64,000 bases of DNA from Candidatus Poribacteria bacterium (GTDB lineage Bacteria > Poribacteria > WGA-4E > UBA9662), in assembly GCA_036339735.1 (NCBI GenBank), contig JAYZAL010000038.1, positions 64,001 through 128,000 of the forward strand, given 5' to 3'. The position numbers were made by a program, and so were the translations under genes. A model generated the notes under the pieces. It did no database searches and was not told the DNA's origin. It was given only the letters and a program-made list of their open reading frames with translations. Shown piece by piece: positions 1-9,846 of this stretch (position 1 is the first letter of the stretch; the number at the start of each line of letters is the position of its first letter).

Positions 1-917
1 AAGGATTTGTACCAAGAACGAGCTTTAGGAGTCTTTCGAAGAACGGATTGAAAAGCCTCATAGTCAACATTCATAAAAAGATCTAGCTCGTGTCGGCCCA
101 TCGCCATAGCCTTACGTTCACTACCACCGTAAAAAATACTCATAATGTAGGGAGGGCCGGATTTTCCTGTCAATATTCCCGCAGTAGTTCTTTTCCAGTC
201 CTCGCGACGTTTAAATAACTCCCAGTATCCGGAGGGATCGGAATCAGCATATTCATAGGCTCCCAGAGAAACCAATGGATTATTAAACCTAAATGTCATT
301 GGATCTTCAACGTTTTGCCAAATATGCTTGGGTTGCATCCATATTGCGTTATACCTAACTTCAAAATAGTAGTGAAAGCGGGGGTTGGGAATCTTTAATT
401 CGAAGACAGCAGTATATTTATCTAATTTGTTAGCTTTCTCAACGAACAAATCTAGCTCTGTGGACCAATTCATACCCAAGTTCGATTTTAAATTGTTAAC
501 GGTAAAAACTAAGTCTTCCGCACTAAACTCTACACCATCGCTCCAATATACACCGGGACGTAGCTTGACAGTCATTTTTCGAAAATCTTCACTGTAAATC
601 GGAGGTTCGATTGCTAAAGCATTAATTTGTTCTCCTGTTTCTTGGTCAATATACCAGAGTGTGTCCATAATCAGACCTTGTCTGGTTGGGCTCGGTGGTC
701 CTGGCATCCACAAATTAAAGTTCTCGACTACGCTGTAACGAAAAATTTGGTCTAGGACAAAAACTTCTTGACGTGGAATATCAATAGGAAGTTGTGATTT
801 CGGGTTTGCTTTTGGCTTCTTGTTTTGATTGTCATTAGTGTTTCCACAGCCTAAATAAAATATGGTTGTAAAAATAAAAATTATTGTCCCGAATACAACA
901 TTTAATCGATTATTCAC
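1..917 (-). CDS. ABC transporter substrate-binding lipoprotein, family 5 (oligopeptide/oligosaccharide type); runs off the window start
   Basis: Absent from the ORF track because it has no stop in the window. Manual translation from GTG at 917 (GGAG RBS upstream): MNNRLNVVFGTIIFIFTTIFYLGC (lipobox LGC) ... KLRPGVYWSDGVEFSAEDLVFT, the SBP_bac_5 signature. Confidence 0.85.
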   Translation of the reverse strand, partial: MNNRLNVVFGTIIFIFTTIFYLGCGNTNDNQNKKPKANPKSQLPIDIPRQEVFVLDQIFRYSVVENFNLWMPGPPSPTRQGLIMDTLWYIDQETGEQINALAIEPPIYSEDFRKMTVKLRPGVYWSDGVEFSAEDLVFTVNNLKSNLGMNWSTELDLFVEKANKLDKYTAVFELKIPNPRFHYYFEVRYNAIWMQPKHIWQNVEDPMTFRFNNPLVSLGAYEYADSDPSGYWELFKRREDWKRTTAGILTGKSGPPYIMSIFYGGSERKAMAMGRHELDLFMNVDYEAFQSVLRKTPKARSWYKS

Positions 918-982
918 TTGGTACTCCAATCTCTCTATGATTTCATCGCTTAGTGTGAAATTACGTCTCTTCCTTATATTAA

Positions 983-1008
983 TATGACACAATCATAATT
1001 GTGTCATA
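983..1008. promoter_or_regulatory. Perfect 11-bp inverted repeat, candidate transcription-factor operator
   Basis: TATGACACAAT-CATA-ATTGTGTCATA, 66-91 nt upstream of the SBP start in a divergent intergenic region. Confidence 0.5.
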
Positions 1009-1405
1009 CCTAATCAAACTATCGGGACGGTATCAGGTTTGAACATCCCTACAGATTACTTACCTGTAATCTCTTTTAGGCAATTAGATATAAATCTTTT
1101 ATAATCAAACAACAACCGATTTCAGTATGATGTTTGTCACTGATAAAGCAAATCAAGTAACATACAATAGAGTAATCAGTTACTCTTGAATAAGGAATTC
1201 TCTTTCTGCAGATGAAATGTAATCTTTATTCAATTTAGCTCTGAGTACTTTGTTGGTAACAAACTGGCCTATGCAAGCTTAACCTCAGTATCCTATTACA
1301 ATAAAGCGAATTATACAAGGGAGCAAATATTAAAAAGCAGCGTTGACGCACTCAAAAAAACGGCGTACAATCACCGGAACCAATAGTTCAAGAATAGGTT
1401 TATTT

Positions 1406-2284
1406 GTGCAAAAAGAAAAAGTACTTAGCGAAGAGCAACTGTGTTTCTGGGAAGAAAATGGATATGTAGTGGTAAAGAATGCAGTTCCAGAAGAAAATTT
1501 AACTGCTGTAATTGAAGCCATCTGGTCTTTCTTGGAAATTGATCCCAGTGATCAAGAAAATTGGTACGCCAAAACGCCACGTAGTTCGCAATATCCGGAT
1601 TCTCCTATTTCTCAAGCTGGAATGGTCGAAATTTACCAGCACCAGTCGCTCTGGGACAATCGCCAATACCCACGTATTCATCAAGCTTTCGCTCAGATTT
1701 GGCAAACTGAAAAACTCTGGGTTTCACTAGATCGTGCTAACATGAAACCACCTACTCGTTCACAAAATCCAGAATGGAACAATTACGGTATGATACATTG
1801 GGATGTCGATACCTCTCAGAAACCAATTCCGTTTGGTGTGCAGGGCGTTCTTTACTTGACTGATACAGCCGAAAATCAAGGTGGATTTCAGTGCGTTCCC
1901 GGATTTCATCATACTTTCTATGATTGGGTCAAGAGTCAACCAGTTGACCGTAACCCAAGAGTTCCTGACCTGAATGGATTGGATGTCAAATCAATTGCAG
2001 GACAAGCTGGTGATTTGCTAATTTGGCATCGTTTACTAGCCCACGGTAACGGTCATAATACAGCGACGCAACCACGTTTAGCACAATACATTACTATGTC
2101 ACCGATTAATAAAAATACACCTTTGTTCCAACAAAGGTGTGTAGAGCGTATTGAAGCCTGGCGTCAGCGTCGACCGACCTCAGGTTGGCCAGGAGACCCT
2201 AGAGATTGGGAGCACCACAATTGTCAAACGGCTCAATTAACTTCCTTAGGACGAAAGTTGTTAGGGGTAGATATATGGGAATAA
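1406..2284 (+). CDS. Phytanoyl-CoA dioxygenase (PhyH) family Fe(II)/2OG dioxygenase
   Basis: FWEENGYVVVK N-terminus, HWD ... GGFQCVPGFH ... AGDLLIWHRLLAHGNG ... R. GTG at 1406 preferred; the ORF track extends to TTG at 1343. Confidence 0.85.
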   Translation: MQKEKVLSEEQLCFWEENGYVVVKNAVPEENLTAVIEAIWSFLEIDPSDQENWYAKTPRSSQYPDSPISQAGMVEIYQHQSLWDNRQYPRIHQAFAQIWQTEKLWVSLDRANMKPPTRSQNPEWNNYGMIHWDVDTSQKPIPFGVQGVLYLTDTAENQGGFQCVPGFHHTFYDWVKSQPVDRNPRVPDLNGLDVKSIAGQAGDLLIWHRLLAHGNGHNTATQPRLAQYITMSPINKNTPLFQQRCVERIEAWRQRRPTSGWPGDPRDWEHHNCQTAQLTSLGRKLLGVDIWE

Positions 2285-2507
2285 ATAAGATAAATTTTCT
2301 AAATATTTCATCAGGTCTCCTAAGAAGTCGAAAGGTAATACCTGTTTATTCATTGAGTATTTTAAATATTTGTCTAGATTGAGCCCCAGAGACCTGCATC
2401 TAGCAAGTCAATTTTGCGAAGATCCTGATACTAGGAATAAATAAAATTGTACCAAATGTGTTTGCCTGCCTGACCGTGACAATGTTTATAAATTGAGAGT
2501 AAGAGAC

Positions 2508-3296
2508 ATGAAAAATCGAATTTGTCAGTTAGTGATCATTAATATTCTTTTGTTACCTTTCTGTTTGAGTTTCTCGGCGGTAATTGATTTGGGTACGGTA
2601 GAAGTATCATATCTTTTTGAAGAAGGAAGAGGTAAGTTAGCAAAGGATGCATCTCCTAACAAGAGAAATGGCTCCTTGGAAGGTGGTGTTAAGTACGGAC
2701 CTGGAAAGTTTGGACAAGGTTTGATTTACGATGGCAAGGACGATAACTTGATAGTCAGAAATTATCACGGTATTAGTGGGAAAAATCCGAGAACCATTTT
2801 GTATTGGTTCAAGAGTGCTAGTACACGAGAACATTCTTGGGTTAAGTGGGGAGTAGTCGAACCAACCAGAAAGTATTATGTGAGGGCCCATGTGGCTGGT
2901 GCAATATGCTGGCTTCGAGTAGAAAACGCCGGTGGCAATAATTGGGGGGGAGATGACGTTTGCGACGGCAACTGGCATCACCATGCTATTGTTTTTCCCA
3001 AAGGATCTAAAGACGTTCAAGACCACCAAATCTACGTTGATGGAAAATTAAATGGGAAGAACGGCGCAGCTAATCCTATGGATACCGATGGTGAAGGGCA
3101 GGAAGTTGTAATGGGCGATTTTTTGGCGCACCATGCTTTCATGCATGGCTCATTCGATGAAGTTGCCATCTTTAGCATTGCACTAACGAAAAAGCAGATT
3201 GAATTGGTTATGAACAACGGACTAGCATCGGTTTTAGCCATCGATCACAAGGATAAACTTTCCACTAACTGGGGCTTGATTAAGTCTACTTATTAA
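2508..3296 (+). CDS. Secreted LamG/concanavalin A-like jelly-roll protein with conserved C-terminal tail
   Basis: Sec signal peptide; YLFEEGRG..AKDAS, GKFGQGL, DGNWHHHAIV, IYVDGK, GSFDEVAIF (LamG_3 pattern); ends AIDHKDKLSTNWGLIKSTY. ATG at 2508. Confidence 0.85.
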   Translation: MKNRICQLVIINILLLPFCLSFSAVIDLGTVEVSYLFEEGRGKLAKDASPNKRNGSLEGGVKYGPGKFGQGLIYDGKDDNLIVRNYHGISGKNPRTILYWFKSASTREHSWVKWGVVEPTRKYYVRAHVAGAICWLRVENAGGNNWGGDDVCDGNWHHHAIVFPKGSKDVQDHQIYVDGKLNGKNGAANPMDTDGEGQEVVMGDFLAHHAFMHGSFDEVAIFSIALTKKQIELVMNNGLASVLAIDHKDKLSTNWGLIKSTY

Positions 3297-3407
3297 ATTT
3301 TTTGGATCGCAATACAGCGAAAAATGAATCGAGGCGCTAAAGCTTTCTCTTTATTTGTTAATACAAGAATAAAAACGTTCAATTGGAAATAAGTTAGATG
3401 GTTTAGC

Positions 3408-5015
3408 TTATTCTAGTTGTTGATCTAGTTTATTTAAATCCGTATTTCTTAAGCTAAGATTGGCTTTATATTGATAATAAGTGTTGAGTACTTTTCCAAC
3501 GTAACGCTCGGTCTCACGAATCAGAGGGATATCATGTTTGACCCGTCCAGGTCCAGCATTGTAGGCCGCTAACGCTAAGGCGTAATTACCATCATACCGA
3601 TTTAGCATTTGGCGTAAGTACTTCGCACTGGCCTCTAGATTTCTTCTAGCATCGAACCGTTGATCTACTTTAGGGTCAATGGTTGGGGATAAAGGATCGT
3701 TGTACTCAGGCACTATCAAACCAAGATCTCTTGCTGTGGGTGCCATTAGTTGTCCCAACCCGACCGCACCACTTTTGGAAATGGCACTTGGTTGAAAGCT
3801 CGATTCCATTTTAATTAGAGCCATCAGATATTCTACTGGGATTTGGAACTCCGTTGCTATCCGTTCTGTCCTAGATGAAGTTTGTGTGAGCATTACCTCA
3901 TTTTGGGTTAACTCATCGTTTTTTTTGTCATTTCGAGGTGCAAGCCGATCGGTGTTTGATATCCGAAACTCTCTCTTGTTTGTTGATTTTTCTGTTTTTG
4001 TGATTACATTCCGATGTATGAACTGGCCTATGGCGAAATTGAGCGACAGATAATGCCTAAAGTCTTGTTCGTCATACTGATAGGCATAATGTAAGGCTGT
4101 ATCGAATTGTTCGATTGAAGCACCAATTCTCCAACTTAAACGAGGTTGAGGTGTAATCGATGTTCCCAATAATTGTAGAGCAAATCCGCTTCTGATCCAT
4201 AAACCATACTGGCCAATCTCAGCACCTAAGCGGCATTGCCAATCGTTAGCGATATTGGTACGGATATCTAAACCACTCCTAATATTCACTTGCAATCCAT
4301 CTTTGGGTTGGCGCGTATACCAAAAGGTATCAATTTGGAGATTACTACTCCCATCAACGGACTGACCAACTCTTAGTGGTACCTGACTATCAATCAATAG
4401 TTCGTTCTTAACATTAGGATTATCGTATACTGAACTGAGGCCAAGATAATGATAAACCAACCCTACCGATACTTTAGGATTGGGTCGTAAAATCAATCCA
4501 ATATCGTAAGGATAGACAAAGGAACGTGCAATGGATCGGTCAGGTTTTAGATGAAGGTGTTGGCGAATGCCGAAATTAGCGCCGATTTGAACTTTGGCCC
4601 CTACAGATCGGGCTATTGTCAACATAAGTTGATTATCGCCCCACATCTGCATACCGATAGGATTCTTACGACTAGAAGAAAAAAAACGGTCATAAGCCAA
4701 TAAATCTGTTAGCCCAATACCCACTGTGGCAAGAGAAAATGGTCTCTGGCCTTCAATTTGTATAGGAGATGTAAAAGCAAGTGCAGTTTGAGAGAAATCA
4801 TAACTAAAATCGGACTGGCCCAGTAAAGCTACAGTAGCAGGATTGTTAAATAGGCCACTGGCTCCGTATGAGCTACTAGCTAATTGTCCACCTAAACCAA
4901 TTGAACGCGCATCTAACGAGACTTCAGCTGATACTTGACCGAATAGAAGTATACAACAGGCAGTAATGACAAGGAAAATGCTCGTCAAATAGTTTTCATT
5001 TTGGTTTGGTCTCAT
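3408..5015 (-). CDS. Lytic transglycosylase (SLT domain) fused to an N-terminal PorV/PorQ/FadL-like beta-barrel
   Basis: C-terminal SLT motifs MESSF (catalytic Glu), AVGLGQLM, ALAAYNAG, ETERYV. N-terminal signal peptide, then DARSIGLGG...NNPA and alternating beta-strands ending HYAYQY...HYLSLNF. Confidence 0.75.
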   Translation of the reverse strand: MRPNQNENYLTSIFLVITACCILLFGQVSAEVSLDARSIGLGGQLASSSYGASGLFNNPATVALLGQSDFSYDFSQTALAFTSPIQIEGQRPFSLATVGIGLTDLLAYDRFFSSSRKNPIGMQMWGDNQLMLTIARSVGAKVQIGANFGIRQHLHLKPDRSIARSFVYPYDIGLILRPNPKVSVGLVYHYLGLSSVYDNPNVKNELLIDSQVPLRVGQSVDGSSNLQIDTFWYTRQPKDGLQVNIRSGLDIRTNIANDWQCRLGAEIGQYGLWIRSGFALQLLGTSITPQPRLSWRIGASIEQFDTALHYAYQYDEQDFRHYLSLNFAIGQFIHRNVITKTEKSTNKREFRISNTDRLAPRNDKKNDELTQNEVMLTQTSSRTERIATEFQIPVEYLMALIKMESSFQPSAISKSGAVGLGQLMAPTARDLGLIVPEYNDPLSPTIDPKVDQRFDARRNLEASAKYLRQMLNRYDGNYALALAAYNAGPGRVKHDIPLIRETERYVGKVLNTYYQYKANLSLRNTDLNKLDQQLE

Positions 5016-5041
5016 CCTAATTCTCTGGTAGTCTAAATAAT

Positions 5042-5875
5042 TTAGGAACCCAGTTTTATATAACGACGTGGGTCGACGCTCTTATTGTAACGCCGAATTT
5101 CAAAATGCAAATGTGGACCTGTAGAATAACCACTATTACCCGTTAGTGCTAGAACATGTCCTTTTTTGACCTTTTGCCCAACTTTTACGTAGATAATTGA
5201 AAGATGTCCGTAGGCCGTTTTATAGCCACCTGAATGTTCAACAACCACAATGTTTCCATAACCCGGATCCCAACCAGCTCTTACTACTTTTCCATCTCTA
5301 CAAGCATAGGTACGGGTACCTTTTCTGGCTCGAAAGTCTATTCCATGGTGAAACTTACGCATTCGAGAAATAGGGTGCTTTCGGTAACCATACTTAGAAG
5401 TCACTACCAGAGGAATCTTCATCGGGTTACGAAAATGAATGTTAGATTGATCCGGAATCAGGATTTTTTGACCTGCTGGCAGATGGTCAGCAGATTGTAA
5501 ATTATTAGCCAAAACTAGTTTGCCTACCGTCGTTTTATGACTGACTGCGATCTCGGATACAGTATCACCTCGTCTAACTTGATACCAGAGACCGTCGGTT
5601 TTTAGAATAGGATTGGCATTAGGAATAAATATCTTTTTGTCGATATAGAGTCGTCGGTCATTACGAATCCGGTTGGCATTAATGATTGACTCTTGAGAAA
5701 CTCGATATTTTTGAGCAATATGACTAATAGTGTCACCACTACGTACTCGATACCAAGCGCCTCTACTATGAACTTGCCCTACGATTAAAAATAATATCGT
5801 AGCACACGCCAAATGCGGCCAATGTTTCGATAAGCGAAGGTTCAATATTCTAGAAAATAGATCAGGTCGGCACAT
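5042..5875 (-). CDS. LysM (x2) + M23 metallopeptidase (peptidoglycan endopeptidase)
   Basis: Two LysM repeats (YRVRSGDTISHIA, YQVRRGDTVSEIA); M23 motifs HHGIDF, YGHL, STGPHLHFE. ATG at 5875 follows AGGTGG; the track gives 5902. Confidence 0.92.
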   Translation of the reverse strand: MCRPDLFSRILNLRLSKHWPHLACATILFLIVGQVHSRGAWYRVRSGDTISHIAQKYRVSQESIINANRIRNDRRLYIDKKIFIPNANPILKTDGLWYQVRRGDTVSEIAVSHKTTVGKLVLANNLQSADHLPAGQKILIPDQSNIHFRNPMKIPLVVTSKYGYRKHPISRMRKFHHGIDFRARKGTRTYACRDGKVVRAGWDPGYGNIVVVEHSGGYKTAYGHLSIIYVKVGQKVKKGHVLALTGNSGYSTGPHLHFEIRRYNKSVDPRRYIKLGS

Positions 5876-5913
5876 ATTCCACCTTATTGATACAAATAGC
5901 AACTAGCTATCAA

Positions 5914-6399
5914 TTAAACTCCAGTAACAGTCAACAAAACTGTCTTAGTTTCGGTTAAAATTTGTGTTCTAGCATCTAAACCATCATCAGAAACAGCACG
6001 CTTGATGCCAGTTACTACAACATGAATTACCTCTATGCTCTCTAGAGAATTGAGCCCTTTAGGGGCTGCCCACGAAACATTCGGAAGGTCGTTTTCTTCT
6101 CCTAGTTTCCCATATCCAGTAACATTGATCCAAGCAATTCGTACCTGTGTATTAGCCGGTGGATCAAATTTAACTGCTAGATCAATAGTCTCACCGGGTG
6201 AAATAGTAGTGTGATCGGTCTCAATTTTCACATTCAATCCACCACTAATTTCTTCTTCTTGACTGCCAACGGTATTACCTACACTACTACCACCACACCC
6301 AGACCACACTGACAACAAGAACAATAAGCACCAGATGGGTAATCTGTTCATTTCCCATTTTGTCACTTGATTACACAAAAACTGCAAATATGCGGTCAT
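5914..6399 (-). CDS. Hypothetical lipoprotein, probable Ig-like domain
   Basis: GGAGG RBS; hydrophobic stretch with lipobox WSGC; beta-rich mature part. Confidence 0.65.
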   Translation of the reverse strand: MTAYLQFLCNQVTKWEMNRLPIWCLLFLLSVWSGCGGSSVGNTVGSQEEEISGGLNVKIETDHTTISPGETIDLAVKFDPPANTQVRIAWINVTGYGKLGEENDLPNVSWAAPKGLNSLESIEVIHVVVTGIKRAVSDDGLDARTQILTETKTVLLTVTGV

Positions 6400-6428
6400 T
6401 TGCTTCCTCCAGAAGGATAAAAATTATT

Positions 6429-7127
6429 TCAAACATTGTATTGAGCTTCGTAGACCCAAATTTTTGTCGTTCGGCCTTCGAAGGTTATTGGGTATCTATA
6501 GCGAACAGTATGGAAGCCTGCATCGGCTAAGCAAGCAGGAAAGTTCTTCGCATTGGTACGACCAGGCTCGGAAAAAAATGCTCGACCACCATCTGCTAAA
6601 TGTAACTTGATAAAAGATATAATCGGTTGCCAACTGTCTGTCTCATACAGAATATCCGCCGCGAGAATAACCGAGAATTTCCTCGGCAAAAAGCAAGAAG
6701 ATGACCAGTCCATTTGAACGTAAGTCCCGTCGTAACCGTTTCTTAAAGTGTTGTATTGAGCAAACAATAAAGACTCTGATACCCAGTCAGCAAAAACGAG
6801 TCTAGCTCCCTGCTGACAGGCGATTATCCCAGCAAGACCCATGCCACATCCAAGATCCAACACTGACGCACCACTGATATTATCGTAAGTTGCCAAATGG
6901 TAAGCTAATCCTAAACTCGAGCTCCAAATTGTTGCCCAATAAGGGAATGTAGAAATCTGGTCTGTTTTGAAATTTTCCAACAGTTGAGCAGGTTCTTCGA
7001 CCACCATCATTTTAAGTCCACCTGCTGGGGTATTAATTTTTTGGTCTGCCACTTGATATTTCTGCAAAATTTTGCGTCTTAATTCACTTTTTAAATCGAT
7101 ATTGAGGTTCAAATGTTTAGCAGACAA
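6429..7127 (-). CDS. Class I SAM-dependent methyltransferase (Methyltransf_16/METTL21-like)
   Basis: FPYWATIWSSSLGLA, VLDLGCGMGLAG, AADILYE. Confidence 0.85.
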   Translation of the reverse strand: MSAKHLNLNIDLKSELRRKILQKYQVADQKINTPAGGLKMMVVEEPAQLLENFKTDQISTFPYWATIWSSSLGLAYHLATYDNISGASVLDLGCGMGLAGIIACQQGARLVFADWVSESLLFAQYNTLRNGYDGTYVQMDWSSSCFLPRKFSVILAADILYETDSWQPIISFIKLHLADGGRAFFSEPGRTNAKNFPACLADAGFHTVRYRYPITFEGRTTKIWVYEAQYNV

Positions 7128-7187
7128 CTATGGGCTCCTGAATTCTTCAGGTGAAAATATTTAGTTAATGCAATGATCCAAACGATC

Positions 7188-7196
7188 TGCTATAAT
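7188..7196 (+). promoter_or_regulatory. Extended -10 promoter element (TGnTATAAT)
   Basis: TGCTATAAT 65 nt upstream of ATG 7262; weak -35. Confidence 0.4.
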
Positions 7197-7261
7197 ATCA
7201 CGAACTCAAAGAGACGGGCAATAACAGGCAATACCGTCGCTGATCTTAATCAGAGGAAGGC

Positions 7262-8386
7262 ATGAACAATCAGGCTCACAATTATGTTAGTGGATTCAGT
7301 CGACCCACTATGAACCGCCAATATTGGACCCATAAAATCTGGCCTCATACAACTTGGTTAGTTTGCACTCTTTTTACATTTCTCCTAGTATCTTGTGGTG
7401 GTCAACAACAGAGTAATTCAGATGGAAATTCAAATGGAGGAGTACTGACGAAACTTCCTAAACTGATTCGAAAAGATGAAGTTTCTGGCCAGTGGGTAGT
7501 GGCAAGTAGAAAAAATGCCGAGATGGTACTAGTCCCAGCGGGTACGTTTTTAATGGGCACATCAAAGAGCATGTCTGATCGTATAGCCAGTGGGTATTCG
7601 ATGAATTTTTGGGATGAAATGCCTCAACACAAAGTTACTGTTCGGGATTTCTATATCGATCGCCACGAAGTGACTAATGAGGCCTATAATAAGTATCTGA
7701 AAGAGCAAGGTGGCACTAGCCCACGTTTTTGGAGGGACCCAAAGTTTAATCATCCTAGACAACCGATCGTTGGTGTTAGTTGGGATGATGCAACTGACTA
7801 TGCACGTTGGCTTGGCAAACGACTCCCGACCGAAGCTGAGTGGGAGAAAGCTGCTTGCTGGGATTGGGAACGGGCCGAAGAATTGAATATCCCTACGGAT
7901 GCCACGTTATGGGATGAGGCTATTTTGCGAGATGCTGTCAAGTGTGTGCAAATTTATCCTTGGGGTAATGCGGTGCTTGAAAACCGCCTTAATTTCAAGC
8001 GAACCAACGACCGACCTACTATTGTTGGTTTATATGGGCCAGGTCCAAATGATGGATCTAGTCCGTATGAAGCTTATGATATGGCTGGAAATGCCTCAGA
8101 ATGGGTAGCAGATCTCTATGATGTTGGTTACTACTCCAAAGCACCGGTCAATAACCCAACGAAAACTAGTGCTGGTAGCCGGTTTACACCTGACGGTCGA
8201 GTTACCTACACTGGTGGCATTGAACACCGAGTACATAGGGGGGGAATGTGGAATGAATGGCGGATGAAAGAGCTAGATGTCCGATCTGCTCGACGTTTGC
8301 ACGCTCCACCTGAAACTCGTTCGCCTGGAATTGGTTTTCGATGTGCAATTGACGTTGATCAAGTAAGAACAGATTTAGGATTGTAG
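7262..8386 (+). CDS. FGE-sulfatase (SUMF1/EgtB/PvdO) domain lipoprotein
   Basis: Lipobox LVSC; FLMG, EMPQH, HEVTN, RLPTEAEWEKAA, YPWG, DMAGNASEW, RGG.W, GFRC. Confidence 0.88.
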   Translation: MNNQAHNYVSGFSRPTMNRQYWTHKIWPHTTWLVCTLFTFLLVSCGGQQQSNSDGNSNGGVLTKLPKLIRKDEVSGQWVVASRKNAEMVLVPAGTFLMGTSKSMSDRIASGYSMNFWDEMPQHKVTVRDFYIDRHEVTNEAYNKYLKEQGGTSPRFWRDPKFNHPRQPIVGVSWDDATDYARWLGKRLPTEAEWEKAACWDWERAEELNIPTDATLWDEAILRDAVKCVQIYPWGNAVLENRLNFKRTNDRPTIVGLYGPGPNDGSSPYEAYDMAGNASEWVADLYDVGYYSKAPVNNPTKTSAGSRFTPDGRVTYTGGIEHRVHRGGMWNEWRMKELDVRSARRLHAPPETRSPGIGFRCAIDVDQVRTDLGL

Positions 8387-8406
8387 ATTACAAAAGACTC
8401 CGGCCC

Positions 8407-9846
8407 ATGGCTGTCAAAAAAAAATATTTTCGCTATCGGAATCTTGACGAACTTCGTCGAGAAATTGCAGATTTGGGGCTAGATATTCGCTTGGCTGATC
8501 AGGTAGATCAGTTACTTCAGCCGGTTCGAGTTGGTCATAAAACTGTTGGTAACGCTTTCGGTATTCATCCGATGGAAGGCTGCGACGCCACCTTAGATGG
8601 AAAACCTAGCGAATTAACCATTCGTCGCTGGTTGCGTTTCGGTTCTGGTGGTGCCAAGCTGATTTGGGGAGAGGCAACGTCAATCTTACCAGAAGCCAAA
8701 GCTAATAGTCGTCAATTAGAGATAAATACCCATACTGCTGATGCAATTGGGAAAATGCTGACAATGACCCGGGATAGTCACCGTGAAATTTTCGGAGCTA
8801 ACGAAGAAATCTTCGCTGGTTTGCAATTGACTCATTCTGGCCGGTACAGCTACAAACGGCCTTTGATCGCGTTTCGACATCCGGTAGTAGATAAAGTAAC
8901 CTTGATTGATAAAAAGAGAAAGGTTCCGATTCCTGAAGACTATCCAGTATTATCAGATGATGAATTAGAGAAACTTGAAGACTGTTACGTAGAAGCAGCT
9001 AAATTAGCTCATCAAATTGGTTTTGATTTTATTGATCTTAAGCAATGTCACACATACCTTCTGAATGAGCTTTTGGCGGCTAAGACTCGGACAGGTAGAT
9101 ATGGTGGTAGTTTTGAAAACCGAACTCGCTTCATCCGTAATATTATTGGCAAAATTCAGTCTGAGATTGGGCCAGAATTAATCTTGTCTAGTCGACTTAA
9201 CGTCTATGATGGTGTGGCGTACATGCCCAACCAAGATACCAATATTGGTATACCAAGAGAAGCTATGGCACCTTATCCTTACGGGTTTGGTGTAGACGAA
9301 GAAAATCCGCCATCCCCTGATCTTGAAGAACCAATCAAACTCATTAGCTTGATGAAAGAATGGGGGGTTAGCTTGGTCAATGTATCGATGGGTAGTCCTT
9401 ATTACAATCCACATATTGGTCGTCCTTTTGAACGACCTCCCGTAGACGGCTACGAGACGCCTGAGCATCCATTAGTTGGTGTTGATCGCCATTTCCAGTT
9501 GACTGCTCAAATACAGCAGTCCTGCCCGGATTTACCAATCGTTGGTACTGGATATAGTTGGTTACAAAACTACGTTGCCAATGCAGGTGAAGCGAATGCT
9601 CAAGATGGAAAAGTAACTTTCGTAGCGGTAGGTCGTGGTTCAATGGCCTATCCTGACTATGTAAAAGATCTAATGGAGTCAGGACAAATGGCCAAGAAAA
9701 AATCTTGCGTCGCCATTAGTTACTGTACAGCCTTAATGCGAGCTAAAGAGCATCCACTACACCAGTTCCCTTCCGGTTGTGTTCCTCGAGACCGATTCTA
9801 TACCCAAATCTACAAAGATGCTATGAAGACACTCACTAAATCTTAG
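8407..9846 (+). CDS. NADH:flavin oxidoreductase (Old Yellow Enzyme superfamily)
   Basis: HPMEGCD, GGAKLIWGEA, QLTHSGR, GFDFIDLKQCHTYLL, YGGSFENRTRF. Confidence 0.88.
   Translation: MAVKKKYFRYRNLDELRREIADLGLDIRLADQVDQLLQPVRVGHKTVGNAFGIHPMEGCDATLDGKPSELTIRRWLRFGSGGAKLIWGEATSILPEAKANSRQLEINTHTADAIGKMLTMTRDSHREIFGANEEIFAGLQLTHSGRYSYKRPLIAFRHPVVDKVTLIDKKRKVPIPEDYPVLSDDELEKLEDCYVEAAKLAHQIGFDFIDLKQCHTYLLNELLAAKTRTGRYGGSFENRTRFIRNIIGKIQSEIGPELILSSRLNVYDGVAYMPNQDTNIGIPREAMAPYPYGFGVDEENPPSPDLEEPIKLISLMKEWGVSLVNVSMGSPYYNPHIGRPFERPPVDGYETPEHPLVGVDRHFQLTAQIQQSCPDLPIVGTGYSWLQNYVANAGEANAQDGKVTFVAVGRGSMAYPDYVKDLMESGQMAKKKSCVAISYCTALMRAKEHPLHQFPSGCVPRDRFYTQIYKDAMKTLTKS

Noticed and set aside
2312-2396. 8-bp inverted repeat CAGGTCTC/GAGACCTG in an intergenic gap
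   Set aside because: Too short to distinguish from chance; no target-site duplication or inner structure.
7262-8386. Diversity-generating retroelement target (FGE/CLec fold)
   Set aside because: No reverse transcriptase and no template-repeat copy of the 3' end seen in the window.
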